64,000 nucleotides of DNA from Sideroxydans sp. (GCA_050287265.1 JBNKBO010000004.1:4631-68630); one strand, 5' to 3'; shown: positions 1 to 10,254, counted from the first letter of the stretch. The notes: generated by a model not told the origin, from the sequence alone. A program made the numbers and translations.

Positions 1-2039
1 GCCATCAGGTCATAGGTGTAAACGCGGCCGTTGGCACTCAAGTCGCAGAAGGTGTAAGCCCGCGTGCCATCCGGCGAAAGGGTCGCAAGGCTGGTGCTGC
101 AACTGTTTGCGGCGTCGTTGAAATAGGGCAGGTTGCCGACCAACGCCATGGATGAATTGTAAATGTTGGTGTTGTTGGTCAGGAAACGCGAACCGGTACG
201 ATCCATGCTGTTGACCGGACCGCTGATCGAAGGCGTGATGGCGGTATATATCCCCGTTCCAGCATCGAAGGAATACAGGCTGCTACTGGTCGGCGTTGCC
301 GAGTTGTCGTATCTCAATATCGCACGGCTGCCATCGCCCGAGGCGGTGATGGAAGTCCATGGCAAATTGACCGCATTCATGGAATAGGGTCGACGCATCA
401 GCACTTCACCATCGTTCATGACGGCAGCGACCGTTGGATTTCCGGCATAAGACCCACTCGCGGAAAGCTCGGTCAAAGACACCGCATCGACTCTGACAAT
501 TTTATAGTCCTGCGTGAGCAACACAATCTCCTTACCATCGGGAGTCATCAGCCCCGGGCCGAACGCATATGGCAAGGTCACACTGCTTGCCGACCAAGTC
601 GATCCGTTGTAGGTGTGGCGCTCGATGAAAGAACCACTCAAGGGAAAGACAAGCACAGCATTACGTTCCGGGTCGTGAAGGATTCCTTTGGTTGCGGATG
701 AATCCAGAAAGGTGAGGTCGGTCAAGGTAGCCGGATTGGTCACCACCAGCGTGGCGGAGCTAACGATGCCGCCGCCAGTAGTGGTAAAACTCACGGGATA
801 TTGTCCCGCCGAGAGCGCCGGATGGGTCGCGCGAATTTCGGTATCGCTGACCACTTGGAAAGCACTGGCGTTGAAGTTCCCGAATTTGACGTTGGTCACG
901 CTGGTTTGCGAAAAATTTCTACCCCGGATAATCACTTGCGCAGAAGTGTTAGCGGCGGCCACATAGGGTGAAACATAGTTGGCTTGCGCTCGATTTATGT
1001 ACAAGGAAACTGGAATGGTGACATCAGACACATTGGCATCGGGCGAACTCAACGTGATGTAACCCCAGTGGATTCCGTTCAACATTTGATCAAGCTGCGC
1101 CTGTACCAGCGTTCCAGTCAGCGTGGGTTGCGAACTACTATTTCCCGCAGAAGTGATACTCAACCAAGGCACATCCACCACGGCGCTCCAATTAATCGTC
1201 TTTGGCGAACCTGCCGGGTAATTGGTCCCGATATTTACGCTTTGGACCAGATCGGCGGGAACGACCGTGGTGCCAATACTGAACCCCATCAGCGCAGGGT
1301 TTGGCGCCATGGCTTTGGCAACAACGTAAGTAACCGGAATGTCCAGTGTTTTTCCGGGAATGGCAAGTTGTATCGTGGCCGAGTAAGTTCCGACCGGCAA
1401 TGGAGTCGCTCCAACACTCAGGGTGACTGGCAAGGTCACACCGGACTCGGCCGACAAGGTGAGCCAATTAGTGGTCGCACCGTTGTACACCACCGAACTA
1501 GTCCATGCGGCAGAACCCGAAGTGTTGGTGATGGATTCGGAAACGGCAACAGGGGTTTCGCCCTCCGCCGCATTCAAGCTGATGCTGGTCGGCGAACCGC
1601 TAAATCCGCCAACCACATAGGTCACGTTGATGGTGAACGGGCTACCCGCTATTTCGGCGTTGCAGTACTGGTCGGCGCAAACCTGCACCGTGACCGAGCC
1701 GGTATGGGTACCGACGCCCAGGTTGAAGGGGGAAGCCGGAGTAATAGTAACCTGTGCCGTAGTGGGGCCGGAAATCGAGGTTACGGCGTTGGCAATCAAC
1801 GTCCCATAGGCCGAGGTCGTTCCCAGCCACGCGCTACCCCCAGATAACGTCAAGGTGACTGATTGCGCAGGTGGCGTGGAGGAGCTTGGATCATCCGCAA
1901 CGAAAGTGACCGAAGAAGTTGAAGGCGAGACGGAGGGCCCGCCACCATCACCGTCACCGCCGCCACCACCACAGGCCGCGAGTGTTACAAGCAAAGCTGC
2001 CAAAGCGATTCTGGCAACAAGTTTTGTTGTAGCGGACAT
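1..2039 (-). CDS. Large surface lipoprotein with Ig-like/BACON and IPT-TIG-like repeats and a probable C-terminal beta-propeller; 3' end lies beyond the left window edge
   Basis: Hand translation from ATG 2039 gives MSATTKLVARIALAALLVTLAAC-GGGGGDGDGGG (lipobox LAAC, then a Gly linker). It continues as Thr/Ser/Val-rich beta-strand sequence, open to position 3 (...VYTYDLM). Absent from the ORF track, presumably because no stop falls in the window. Confidence 0.8.
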   Translation of the reverse strand, partial: MSATTKLVARIALAALLVTLAACGGGGGDGDGGGPSVSPSTSSVTFVADDPSSSTPPAQSVTLTLSGGSAWLGTTSAYGTLIANAVTSISGPTTAQVTITPASPFNLGVGTHTGSVTVQVCADQYCNAEIAGSPFTINVTYVVGGFSGSPTSISLNAAEGETPVAVSESITNTSGSAAWTSSVVYNGATTNWLTLSAESGVTLPVTLSVGATPLPVGTYSATIQLAIPGKTLDIPVTYVVAKAMAPNPALMGFSIGTTVVPADLVQSVNIGTNYPAGSPKTINWSAVVDVPWLSITSAGNSSSQPTLTGTLVQAQLDQMLNGIHWGYITLSSPDANVSDVTIPVSLYINRAQANYVSPYVAAANTSAQVIIRGRNFSQTSVTNVKFGNFNASAFQVVSDTEIRATHPALSAGQYPVSFTTTGGGIVSSATLVVTNPATLTDLTFLDSSATKGILHDPERNAVLVFPLSGSFIERHTYNGSTWSASSVTLPYAFGPGLMTPDGKEIVLLTQDYKIVRVDAVSLTELSASGSYAGNPTVAAVMNDGEVLMRRPYSMNAVNLPWTSITASGDGSRAILRYDNSATPTSSSLYSFDAGTGIYTAITPSISGPVNSMDRTGSRFLTNNTNIYNSSMALVGNLPYFNDAANSCSTSLATLSPDGTRAYTFCDLSANGRVYTYDLM

Positions 2040-2185
2040 AAGGCCACCCTCTTTCATGTACCCATTTTTTAATGACGGGCATTGTATTACATTAGCTGAA
2101 AGACTCCATCTCATTCTTGGCAAGAAATTTGGAACAACCAAGTATAAAATTGTCTTTCACACAGTCCTTTAACCAGCGTGTATAT

Positions 2186-2890
2186 ATGTTAACCAAAGCC
2201 ATCATCTTCGACGTCGACGGTACGCTGGCCAATACCGAGGAAGCCCACCGTATCGCATTCAACAAGGCGTTCGCCGAAAACAATCTTCCCTGGAACTGGG
2301 ATGTGGCGCTGTATGGCAAGCTGCTCAAGGTGACAGGCGGCAAAGAGCGCATCAAGTATTTTGTCGAAGACTTCCTGAAGGATTTCGACAAACCTGCCGA
2401 CTACGAATCCTTCGTAAAGAATCTGCACGTGCAGAAAACCGCGCATTACACTGCGGCGTTACGCGATGGACATATCCCGCTACGTCCCGGCATCAAACAA
2501 CTTATCAACGATGCTCGCAAGGCTGGGCTCAAGCTGGCGATCGCCACCACCACTTCGCCGGAAAACGTTTCAGCTTTGCTTGAGGTGGGCCTGGGCAAGG
2601 ACTGGGCAAAATATTTCGACGCCATCGGTTGCGGCGACATCGTGCCGCTGAAAAAACCCGCACCGGACATTTATAACTGGGTATTGAATGAGCTCAGGCT
2701 TGCGCCGCAGGATTGCATCGCACTCGAAGATTCTGCCAACGGCTTGCACGCTGCGCTGGCAGCAGGCATCCGGACCTGCATCACGACCAGTCCGTACACC
2801 TTTAATCAGAACTTTACCGGAGCGGCGGCGGTATTCGACGATTTGGGCGATTTATCCCGCTTCTATAGCCTGATCGGGCTGCGCATGTAA
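2186..2890 (+). CDS. cbbY: HAD-superfamily hydrolase, CbbY family
   Basis: FDVDGTLANTEEAHR motif I, TGGKERI, KKPAPDIY, EDSANG. Start set at ATG 2186. Confidence 0.8.
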   Translation: MLTKAIIFDVDGTLANTEEAHRIAFNKAFAENNLPWNWDVALYGKLLKVTGGKERIKYFVEDFLKDFDKPADYESFVKNLHVQKTAHYTAALRDGHIPLRPGIKQLINDARKAGLKLAIATTTSPENVSALLEVGLGKDWAKYFDAIGCGDIVPLKKPAPDIYNWVLNELRLAPQDCIALEDSANGLHAALAAGIRTCITTSPYTFNQNFTGAAAVFDDLGDLSRFYSLIGLRM

Positions 2891-2948
2891 GCAAGCAAGC
2901 CCGTTTCCTGCTAATCTTGCGGTTAATTCTGTTGAATCGCAAAACATC

Positions 2949-4466
2949 ATGCAAAGCTATTTGAAAAAGGTTCTCACGGCTCGCGTCTATGACGTCGCCA
3001 TCGAAAGTCCGCTCGAACCCGCGCCCGCCCTGTCGGCGCGCATCGGCAACAATGTACTGTTCAAGCGCGAAGACATGCAGCCGGTGTTCTCGTTCAAGCT
3101 ACGTGGCGCCTACAACAAGATGGCGCAACTGTCCCCCGAACAACTGAAACGGGGTGTCATCACCGCTTCTGCCGGCAACCATGCGCAGGGCGTCGCGCTC
3201 AGCGCGCACCGTCTCGGCTGCAAGGCCATCATCGTAATGCCAACCACCACACCACAACTGAAGGTCGAGGCAGTCAAGCATTTCGGGCAGCGCGCGGTGG
3301 AAGTCGTGTTGCATGGCGATAGTTACAGCGACGCTTCCGCCCATGCTTACGCGCTGGAAAAGGAAAAAAAACTCACATTCGTGCATCCGTTCGACGATCC
3401 TGACGTAATTGCCGGGCAAGGCACCGTCGGCATGGAGATACTGCGCCAGCACCAGACACCAATACACGCGATCTTTTGCGCGATCGGCGGCGGCGGTCTG
3501 ATCGCGGGTGTGGCGGCCTATGTAAAACAGGTACGTCCAGACATCAAGGTGATCGGCGTACAAACCACCGACTCCGACGCAATGGCGCGTTCGCTCGCGG
3601 CAAAAAAACGCGTCACGTTGAACGATGTCGGCCTGTTCTCGGACGGCACCGCGGTCAAACTCGCGGGCGAGGAAACATTCCGTGTCTGCAAAAAATACGT
3701 GGATGAAGTGGTGCTGGTGGATACCGATGCAGTATGTGCCGCGATCAAGGATGTATTCCAGGATACGCGCTCCATCCTCGAACCGGCAGGCGCACTGGCT
3801 GTGGCAGGCGCCAAACTCTATGCCAAGCGCGAAGAGCTCAAGGGCGAAACACTGGTCACGGTATGCAGCGGCGCAAACATGAACTTCGACCGCCTGCGTT
3901 TCGTCGCCGAACGCTCAGAGATCGGCGAACGACGCGAAGCGATACTTGCCGTCTCCATCCCGGAAACGCCCGGCAGCTTCCGCAAATTCTGTACGCTGCT
4001 CGGCAAGCGTAGCATCACCGAATTCAATTACCGCTACGACGACCCGAAAGTGGCGCAGGTATTCGTCGGCATCCAGATCAAAGATCAGCAACAAACTGCC
4101 GACCTGGTGGACAAGCTGCAGCGCAGCAAATTGCCGACGATAGACCTCTCAGACAACGAAATGGCCAAGCTGCACTTGCGCCATCTTGTCGGTGGGCACG
4201 CGCCCGAAGCCAGGGATGAAATCCTGTTCCGCTTCGAATTCCCCGAACGTCCCGGCGCGCTGATGAACTTCCTCAACAGCATGAATCATAGCTGGAACAT
4301 CAGCCTGTTCCATTACCGCAACCACGGCGGTGATGTCGGCCGCGTGCTGGCCGGCATGCAGGTGCCGCGGCAAGACAAGAAAGCGCTCAAGACTTTCCTC
4401 GACAAGCTCGGCTACCGCTACTGGGACGAGAGCGACAATCCGGCCTATCACCTGTTTTTGGGATAA
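2949..4466 (+). CDS. ilvA: Biosynthetic threonine ammonia-lyase
   Basis: VFSFKLRGAYN PLP-lysine motif, SAGNHAQG, two C-terminal ACT-like domains (FEFPERPGAL). Confidence 0.97.
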   Translation: MQSYLKKVLTARVYDVAIESPLEPAPALSARIGNNVLFKREDMQPVFSFKLRGAYNKMAQLSPEQLKRGVITASAGNHAQGVALSAHRLGCKAIIVMPTTTPQLKVEAVKHFGQRAVEVVLHGDSYSDASAHAYALEKEKKLTFVHPFDDPDVIAGQGTVGMEILRQHQTPIHAIFCAIGGGGLIAGVAAYVKQVRPDIKVIGVQTTDSDAMARSLAAKKRVTLNDVGLFSDGTAVKLAGEETFRVCKKYVDEVVLVDTDAVCAAIKDVFQDTRSILEPAGALAVAGAKLYAKREELKGETLVTVCSGANMNFDRLRFVAERSEIGERREAILAVSIPETPGSFRKFCTLLGKRSITEFNYRYDDPKVAQVFVGIQIKDQQQTADLVDKLQRSKLPTIDLSDNEMAKLHLRHLVGGHAPEARDEILFRFEFPERPGALMNFLNSMNHSWNISLFHYRNHGGDVGRVLAGMQVPRQDKKALKTFLDKLGYRYWDESDNPAYHLFLG

Positions 4467-4477
4467 TACATGGTTCC

Positions 4478-4498
4478 GCCCTCCGGCAATCGGAGGGC
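4478..4498. terminator. GC-rich hairpin between convergent ilvA and the OM-barrel gene; likely terminator
   Basis: Perfect 8-bp stem GCCCTCCG-gcaat-CGGAGGGC. No clear U tract. Confidence 0.5.
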
Positions 4499-4509
4499 AG
4501 GGCACCATA

Positions 4510-5715
4510 TCACTGATCCCAGCGCACCCCTACCAAGAGCTGTTTGCGATCATAGGCATAGCGCTTGTCAGATGAGTCATTCTTATCGAGGATCACCTCA
4601 GCCCATAATGAGAATTGTTTGCTCTGGGCATACCCGGCCTTGACACTCAGATCGATGCCGCTGGAGCTCTTGGCGGGCTGACCGGCAATATCGAAGGCGA
4701 AAGCATTCGGATAATTTCGCTGCCAGCGGTGCAGCGACACTCTGCCGCTCAGCGCATCCTGTTTGAACAGGAAGCGACCACCAAAACGATGCAACTTGTA
4801 GTCGTTGTAGTTCACATAGTTATCGGCACGTTGCAAATAATTGTAATCAAGGTAATACACCGTATCCTCATTCAGACGTTCTCGAAACGTGACACCGAAT
4901 TTGTTATAGGTGTATTTCAGCACCGGGTTGGCCGTCGCATAGACGCCGTTTGCCGTACGGGCATGGCGCTCTGTGTAATCGCGGGTGTAATGTTCTGCTA
5001 AAAACTTGAGTTTCATCCCGACGCCCAGCTTAAGATCGGCATCACCACCGATGCTAAAGAAATTGTGGTCCATCTGCGATACAACCACGGGATCGTCATA
5101 GTCATTCTGCAAGTATTGACTACTAATGGTGTAGTCGACACCACCGACGCTGCTCTGGTATTCGCCCTCAATGCCCGCACTCGTGTAGTTGTAGCGGTTT
5201 GAAATGTCGCTTCCGCCCGCCGTGATTTTAGGGTCGCCTGAATCGTGATCCACATAGACCTGATCGTGTTTCTCCAGCACGAGGCCCGCGTATGCCTGCC
5301 TCTCCGAGTTGCCTTTGCCACCCAGGTCGAACGTCGAGCCGCCCCTGGCCTCCAGATTGAGCTCGTTGGCATCGCTAACACTGCCCAGATAACGCCTGCC
5401 ATCGACTGTAACCAAACCGATCAGACGCCCGTTCTTCTCGTTCTGCCTGCCAACATCCACATGCGCCGTAAACGGCACAAAAAACCCTGATCTCACCTGC
5501 GGTACCACAGTCGTATTCTGCGTAGCCCCCACGCCGTAGTCGAAGTAAGCATTACTCGGTGCATGGTAGGGGTTGCTGTCATAGCCCAGCCCGGTTTCGG
5601 CGAACCAGGAAAAATCGCCTTTTCCGACTCTCGGCCCAATTTCAGCACAAGCCAACATAGACATAGTCATCGCAAGCATGCCCAGCAACGCATGGAACAT
5701 TAATTTATTATTCAT
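4510..5715 (-). CDS. Outer-membrane beta-barrel protein of unknown function
   Basis: Sec signal peptide, alternating aromatic/Gly amphipathic strands, C-terminal ...LLVGVRWDQ. Last gene of the operon. Confidence 0.7.
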   Translation of the reverse strand: MNNKLMFHALLGMLAMTMSMLACAEIGPRVGKGDFSWFAETGLGYDSNPYHAPSNAYFDYGVGATQNTTVVPQVRSGFFVPFTAHVDVGRQNEKNGRLIGLVTVDGRRYLGSVSDANELNLEARGGSTFDLGGKGNSERQAYAGLVLEKHDQVYVDHDSGDPKITAGGSDISNRYNYTSAGIEGEYQSSVGGVDYTISSQYLQNDYDDPVVVSQMDHNFFSIGGDADLKLGVGMKLKFLAEHYTRDYTERHARTANGVYATANPVLKYTYNKFGVTFRERLNEDTVYYLDYNYLQRADNYVNYNDYKLHRFGGRFLFKQDALSGRVSLHRWQRNYPNAFAFDIAGQPAKSSSGIDLSVKAGYAQSKQFSLWAEVILDKNDSSDKRYAYDRKQLLVGVRWDQ

Positions 5716-5762
5716 ATTTCACCTCTCTCTGACATATTGACAACATATTAATTAACAACTTT

Positions 5763-7673
5763 TTATTTACTCCCATCCAATTTCTGCATTTCCTCATCCA
5801 GCCCCTGTAATTCCGGATCCAGTTGTCTGGCTTTTGCCAATTCCTTGCGCGCTTCCTCGGCACGACCCGCTTCGCGCAGCGCACGCACGAATTCCAGCCG
5901 CAATCGCGCGTCGCCGGTATCGGCGGCGACCGCACTGTCCAGTACCCTCACCGCTTCCTGCACTTGCTTGTTCCACAGCAGTGCCCGCCCAAGGAACCGT
6001 GACTTCTTGGTATCGTTGGGATCGAGTTTGTTGGCACGGCGCAGCGCATTGACCGCATCGGCATATCTGCCCTGCTTTAAATAGGCATTGCCCAGATCGA
6101 ACCAGGCCAGCGAATAGGTATCATCGCGCGCAATAATTGCACTGTACAGCTTGATGGCCTCGTCGAATTCCTCCAGCTTGGCATAACGAACAGCCAGGTT
6201 GAGCTGCGCAGCCCGGTAGTCCGGGCGAATACTCAGCGCCTTGCGGTAGGCATCTATCGCCTCTTTGTCGCGACCGGTGTTGCCGTATACCACCGCCAGG
6301 TTGAACCATGCCTGTTCGTAATCCGGTCGCTGCCGCACAGCCTTGTTGAAGGCCTGCTCCGCATTTTTATTATCTTTTTGCCGCAGATAGGTGATACCGA
6401 TGTTGTACCACGCTTCCGGATACTGGCGGCGCACCTTGAGCGCAGCCCGATAGGCAGCCAGTGCAGCGACATAATCGTCTTTGGCCGCATAAGATAACCC
6501 CAAGTTGACATGTGCTTCGGGATACGGACCGGCAGACTTCTTCAGTGCCATCTGGTATTCCGCAATCGCCTTGTCGTAATGCTTCTCGCCATAGGCAACG
6601 CGCCCCAGATTGAAGTGCGCATCGACGCGTTGCGGATCGCGCTGGAGTATCCATTCGAATTCGTTGCGTGCATCGGCCCAGTGCTTTCCCGCCAGCAATA
6701 CCGTCCCAAGCACCGAGTGCGCACGGTCATATTCCGGGGCTACTTGTATCGCTTGGCGCAGTAACCGCTCCGCCTCGCGCCGCTTGTGCTGATCATTCAG
6801 TATCAACGCCATGTTGACCAGTGCCGGTGAATAATTCGGTTTCAGCTCCAGTATCGTGCGGTACTGTGTCAGAGCGCGCGCCTGACCTTCGGGAGTATCC
6901 GCCTCCAGTCTGGCAAGCTCCACCCGCGGCTCCGGATCGCCTGGAATCAGGCGGATCGCAGCATTGAACGCATTCGCCGCCAGTTCAGGCTGTCCAAGTT
7001 TGCGTCGCGTCATACCTAACGCAAGAAGCGCCTGCGCCTTACGCTTACCGCCGACCAATTGCACGGCCTTTTCCAGCTCCGCCGCGCCGGCAGCATAATC
7101 CCCACGGCCGTTTATCAGAATACCGAGGTTGTACTGCGCCTCGAAATGCGCCGGGTGTCGAACCAGCAACTGCCGGTATCCCTTGATGGCCTGACTGGTC
7201 TGACCGTTGCGCGAAAGTGCCAGGGCGCGGTTGAACAATGCGCTGGTATCCGCCGGATCTGCCGCCATGGCACGGTTGAAATACTCCAGCGCCAGTGCCG
7301 TGGCGCCTTTCTTCAGATAGAGCACGCCAAAATCGTTGAGCACCCGAGCGCTCGGGTTCTTCGCCAGCGCTTTCAGATATATCTGCTCGGCCTCACGCCA
7401 TTTCTTTTTCTCCACCAGCGTCGCGGCGCGTTGCATTTCCGAATCGACGGCATCAGAGACTATCGGCACCGCATCATCGGTCATCGCAAATGATTCCGCG
7501 TCATCGGCTACCGCAGTGACGTAAGGCGGTATCCTGATCACGGTCACGGCGTTTGCATCGTACTCGGCCCTGAATCGCACATACAGCAACATCAGGAATA
7601 TCCCCAGAATCACGATCATCACGGGAACAAAACTTTCCCTGAACAACCTCATCCACCCGACTTTGCTATTCAT
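5763..7673 (-). CDS. Membrane-anchored multi-TPR protein
   Basis: One N-terminal hydrophobic helix followed by many TPR repeats (AxFNLG, AIAEYQxAL). Start is uncertain (TTG 7682, ATG 7673 or ATG 7652). Confidence 0.85.
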   Translation of the reverse strand: MNSKVGWMRLFRESFVPVMIVILGIFLMLLYVRFRAEYDANAVTVIRIPPYVTAVADDAESFAMTDDAVPIVSDAVDSEMQRAATLVEKKKWREAEQIYLKALAKNPSARVLNDFGVLYLKKGATALALEYFNRAMAADPADTSALFNRALALSRNGQTSQAIKGYRQLLVRHPAHFEAQYNLGILINGRGDYAAGAAELEKAVQLVGGKRKAQALLALGMTRRKLGQPELAANAFNAAIRLIPGDPEPRVELARLEADTPEGQARALTQYRTILELKPNYSPALVNMALILNDQHKRREAERLLRQAIQVAPEYDRAHSVLGTVLLAGKHWADARNEFEWILQRDPQRVDAHFNLGRVAYGEKHYDKAIAEYQMALKKSAGPYPEAHVNLGLSYAAKDDYVAALAAYRAALKVRRQYPEAWYNIGITYLRQKDNKNAEQAFNKAVRQRPDYEQAWFNLAVVYGNTGRDKEAIDAYRKALSIRPDYRAAQLNLAVRYAKLEEFDEAIKLYSAIIARDDTYSLAWFDLGNAYLKQGRYADAVNALRRANKLDPNDTKKSRFLGRALLWNKQVQEAVRVLDSAVAADTGDARLRLEFVRALREAGRAEEARKELAKARQLDPELQGLDEEMQKLDGSK

Positions 7674-8583
7674 CCCGGACAACCTCGTTTGCTGTAATTG
7701 CCTGGAGCGTCGGCAACATGCCTCGCCCGTTCACGTTCTGTATCTCAAGTCCCGGACGCACATTGATCTCCAGCAGCAATGGTCCATCCGGAGAAACCGA
7801 TATATCCACACCCAGATATTTGAGCGGCACAGCATTGGCCGCATTTTTTGCCAGCTCGATCACTTCCGCCCAGTACGGAATCGTTCTGCCCAATACCCTC
7901 AAGCCGGAATCGGGATGTTTTTCGATCTGCACCCCGAGAAACTGGGCATGGATCGTGATGCCGCTGGCAATATCGATCGCAATACCGAGCGCTCCCTGAT
8001 GCAGATTCGCCTTGCCGTCGGACTGTTTCGTCGGCACGCGCGTCATTGACATCACCGGTTTTTCATCACACATGATGATGCGCACGTCGGCCAGACCGAG
8101 CGGGCTGAGTTCGGCCATTTTCGTATGCTGGACGATGCGGCTCTCGATGATCGCAATATCGCCCAGATCGAAGGAATAGATGCCGAAGATGATGTCCGAA
8201 ATATGTTTGCGCAGGTCGAAGGCGCTATAGATTTTCCCGCCGATGCCTACCCAGTCCTTACCGTTCCTGCCGACGATGACAATGATGCCGTTGCCACCGC
8301 TGCCTTGTGCCGGCTTGATGACAAAATCGTCATAGCCTGCAAGATCGTTTTCCAGGTCACGCAGTTCGTAGAAGTAACTGTAGATGCGATGAGTCCTGGG
8401 CATGCTCACGCCCGCTGCGCCCAGCACCTTTTTTGCCTGCAACTTATCGTCCGCCAGGGGGAAATGCTTGCGATGGTTGCGCGTATAGATGTAATGCAGG
8501 TTGCGCCGGTTCATGGAAAGCACCCTGGACGCGTGCTCACGCACCTCCTCCAGCCGCAACCGCCAGTCTCGTAGCGACATCAT
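7666..8583 (-). CDS. RimK-related alpha-L-glutamate ligase-like ATP-grasp protein
   Basis: LSMNRRNLHYI, ADDKLQAK, FVIKPAQGSGGNGI, ANLHQGA, YLGVD, LEINVRPGL. ATG 8583 overlaps the upstream stop (ATGA). Confidence 0.9.
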   Translation of the reverse strand: MMSLRDWRLRLEEVREHASRVLSMNRRNLHYIYTRNHRKHFPLADDKLQAKKVLGAAGVSMPRTHRIYSYFYELRDLENDLAGYDDFVIKPAQGSGGNGIIVIVGRNGKDWVGIGGKIYSAFDLRKHISDIIFGIYSFDLGDIAIIESRIVQHTKMAELSPLGLADVRIIMCDEKPVMSMTRVPTKQSDGKANLHQGALGIAIDIASGITIHAQFLGVQIEKHPDSGLRVLGRTIPYWAEVIELAKNAANAVPLKYLGVDISVSPDGPLLLEINVRPGLEIQNVNGRGMLPTLQAITANEVVRDE

Positions 8584-10190
8584 TTGCTCGTATCCAGAAT
8601 CAGACGGCGGAAACGCATGAACTCCAACACGCGGATACCTATCCATTTCCCCAACCACAGGTTCAGTGCGATCACCACCAGCAACAGTTCGGGGAATGCC
8701 AGCACCAGACTCTGCATGAACAACGAATCCATCACCGCATAACAGGCGGCAATCACGAGCAACGTCATCAAAGTGATTGAGACCACCTTGAGCGCCCCCT
8801 GTTCGGCCTCCATCAACGCCACACGTTCGGCGGTAATGGCAAGAATGGCGATGGGAAACAATGTCACATGCGCCAGTTCGAAAAATCCGAGCTGCACTCC
8901 CCCCACCGTGGTCACCATCATCACGATCACCACTACAGTCAAGACGATGGCCATCTTGGGCGAGTGCAGCAATTGCAGCCAGTCGAGTCCTCGGCGGACG
9001 ACCGCCGACACCAGCACGATACCGAGAAAACCGACAATACCCCACAACAGACCGGTTTCGCGCGACGCCGCCGCGATCAGCGCAGGCAGGAAGGTACCGA
9101 AGGTCTCCAGACCGACCACGTTGCGAAACACCACTGTCACCAACGCCCCCAGCGGCAACATGAGAAGTATTTTCAGCAGGTTCTGCGAGATGCCTACGCG
9201 TTCAAAATGTGCATACAGATTGGTAATATTCAGTGCTGACTTGCTCAGGGCATCCTGCGCATCACGCTGCGGGACCAGTTGCTTGGTGGTCTTGAACATA
9301 TACTGAAAGTTCACGTTGGCCGTATGCCTGAACAGCACCATATCGCCGTAATAAAGCGTCAGAAAATTGGCGGGTATCTCAGCAAAGTGGTCGTTGATGG
9401 TGTCGAACGGAATCCAGTGCCCGTTGACATAGATTTCCACCCACTGGTGGCTGGTGCGTTTGCTGCCCTGCTCCATCACGAAGCCGCCGACCAGTCGCGC
9501 CGGAAGGTTAAGCTTGCGCGCCATCGCCACGAACAGGCGGCTTTTGCCGTTGCAACTTGCCTCACCAAGTTTGAGCGCGATCAGGGAATCGGTGTAACCG
9601 GAAAAATTCCGGTTGGTGATATTGTCCTGCAAATGCCGGTGTATTCGGGTCAGCACATCCAGCACCGAGCGATTCTCGCTCGGCACGATACTGTTCAAGG
9701 CTTTTTCGATCTGCGAATCGTCTTTATGAATGCCCGGCTCATCGGCAAGGAAAGGGGCCAGCGTCGCAGAATAGGAATCCGGGATCGGCATCCCTTCGGG
9801 GATATCGTAACGCACATGGCGCGCCCGAACCGAATAGGCGTAGCGAATGCTGTGTTGCCCCACCACATTCTCCGCACTCCAGACCACATCGCGGTTCAAG
9901 GAGTCAGAGTGCATATTGGATGAAAATATTCCGGTTGCACTCTCCTCGTTATCGACCGACTGACGTCCATCAGTCTTCGGCAGATAGGTCTGAATGCGAA
10001 TATCTTCCCCGTGCCCGTCGACTTGCATATTGACCTCGACGGTGTAGCTGGGTGCCGGGATCAGGCCAGCCAGGGGGTAATCGAGTACATATAACTTGTA
10101 GCCGGCCACCGCCATTGGGATCAGCACCATTATCGCAAGCAAGGCAACATAGGCGCTACGTCTTATTCCGACTGAGCGTTGATTTTTCAT
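8580..10190 (-). CDS. Transglutaminase-like domain fused to a 7TM domain (7TM_transglut-type)
   Basis: N-terminal TM helix; GEASCNGKS, HQWVEIY and WIPFD motifs; C-terminal membrane domain (VVGLETFGTFLPALIA, FPELLL). ATG 10190 follows an AGGTG SD-like sequence. Confidence 0.88.
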   Translation of the reverse strand: MKNQRSVGIRRSAYVALLAIMVLIPMAVAGYKLYVLDYPLAGLIPAPSYTVEVNMQVDGHGEDIRIQTYLPKTDGRQSVDNEESATGIFSSNMHSDSLNRDVVWSAENVVGQHSIRYAYSVRARHVRYDIPEGMPIPDSYSATLAPFLADEPGIHKDDSQIEKALNSIVPSENRSVLDVLTRIHRHLQDNITNRNFSGYTDSLIALKLGEASCNGKSRLFVAMARKLNLPARLVGGFVMEQGSKRTSHQWVEIYVNGHWIPFDTINDHFAEIPANFLTLYYGDMVLFRHTANVNFQYMFKTTKQLVPQRDAQDALSKSALNITNLYAHFERVGISQNLLKILLMLPLGALVTVVFRNVVGLETFGTFLPALIAAASRETGLLWGIVGFLGIVLVSAVVRRGLDWLQLLHSPKMAIVLTVVVIVMMVTTVGGVQLGFFELAHVTLFPIAILAITAERVALMEAEQGALKVVSITLMTLLVIAACYAVMDSLFMQSLVLAFPELLLVVIALNLWLGKWIGIRVLEFMRFRRLILDTSK

Positions 10191-10254
10191 TATTATAAAC
10201 ACCTGTTTTAATTGCTCTATTCGGAAGCCGGCAGGCCCGCTCTTTGGCGTTCTC

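Noticed and set aside
984-1847. 287-aa plus-strand ORF and other ORFs overlapping 1-2039
   Set aside because: Antisense shadows of the minus-strand lipoprotein gene; no recognisable motifs.
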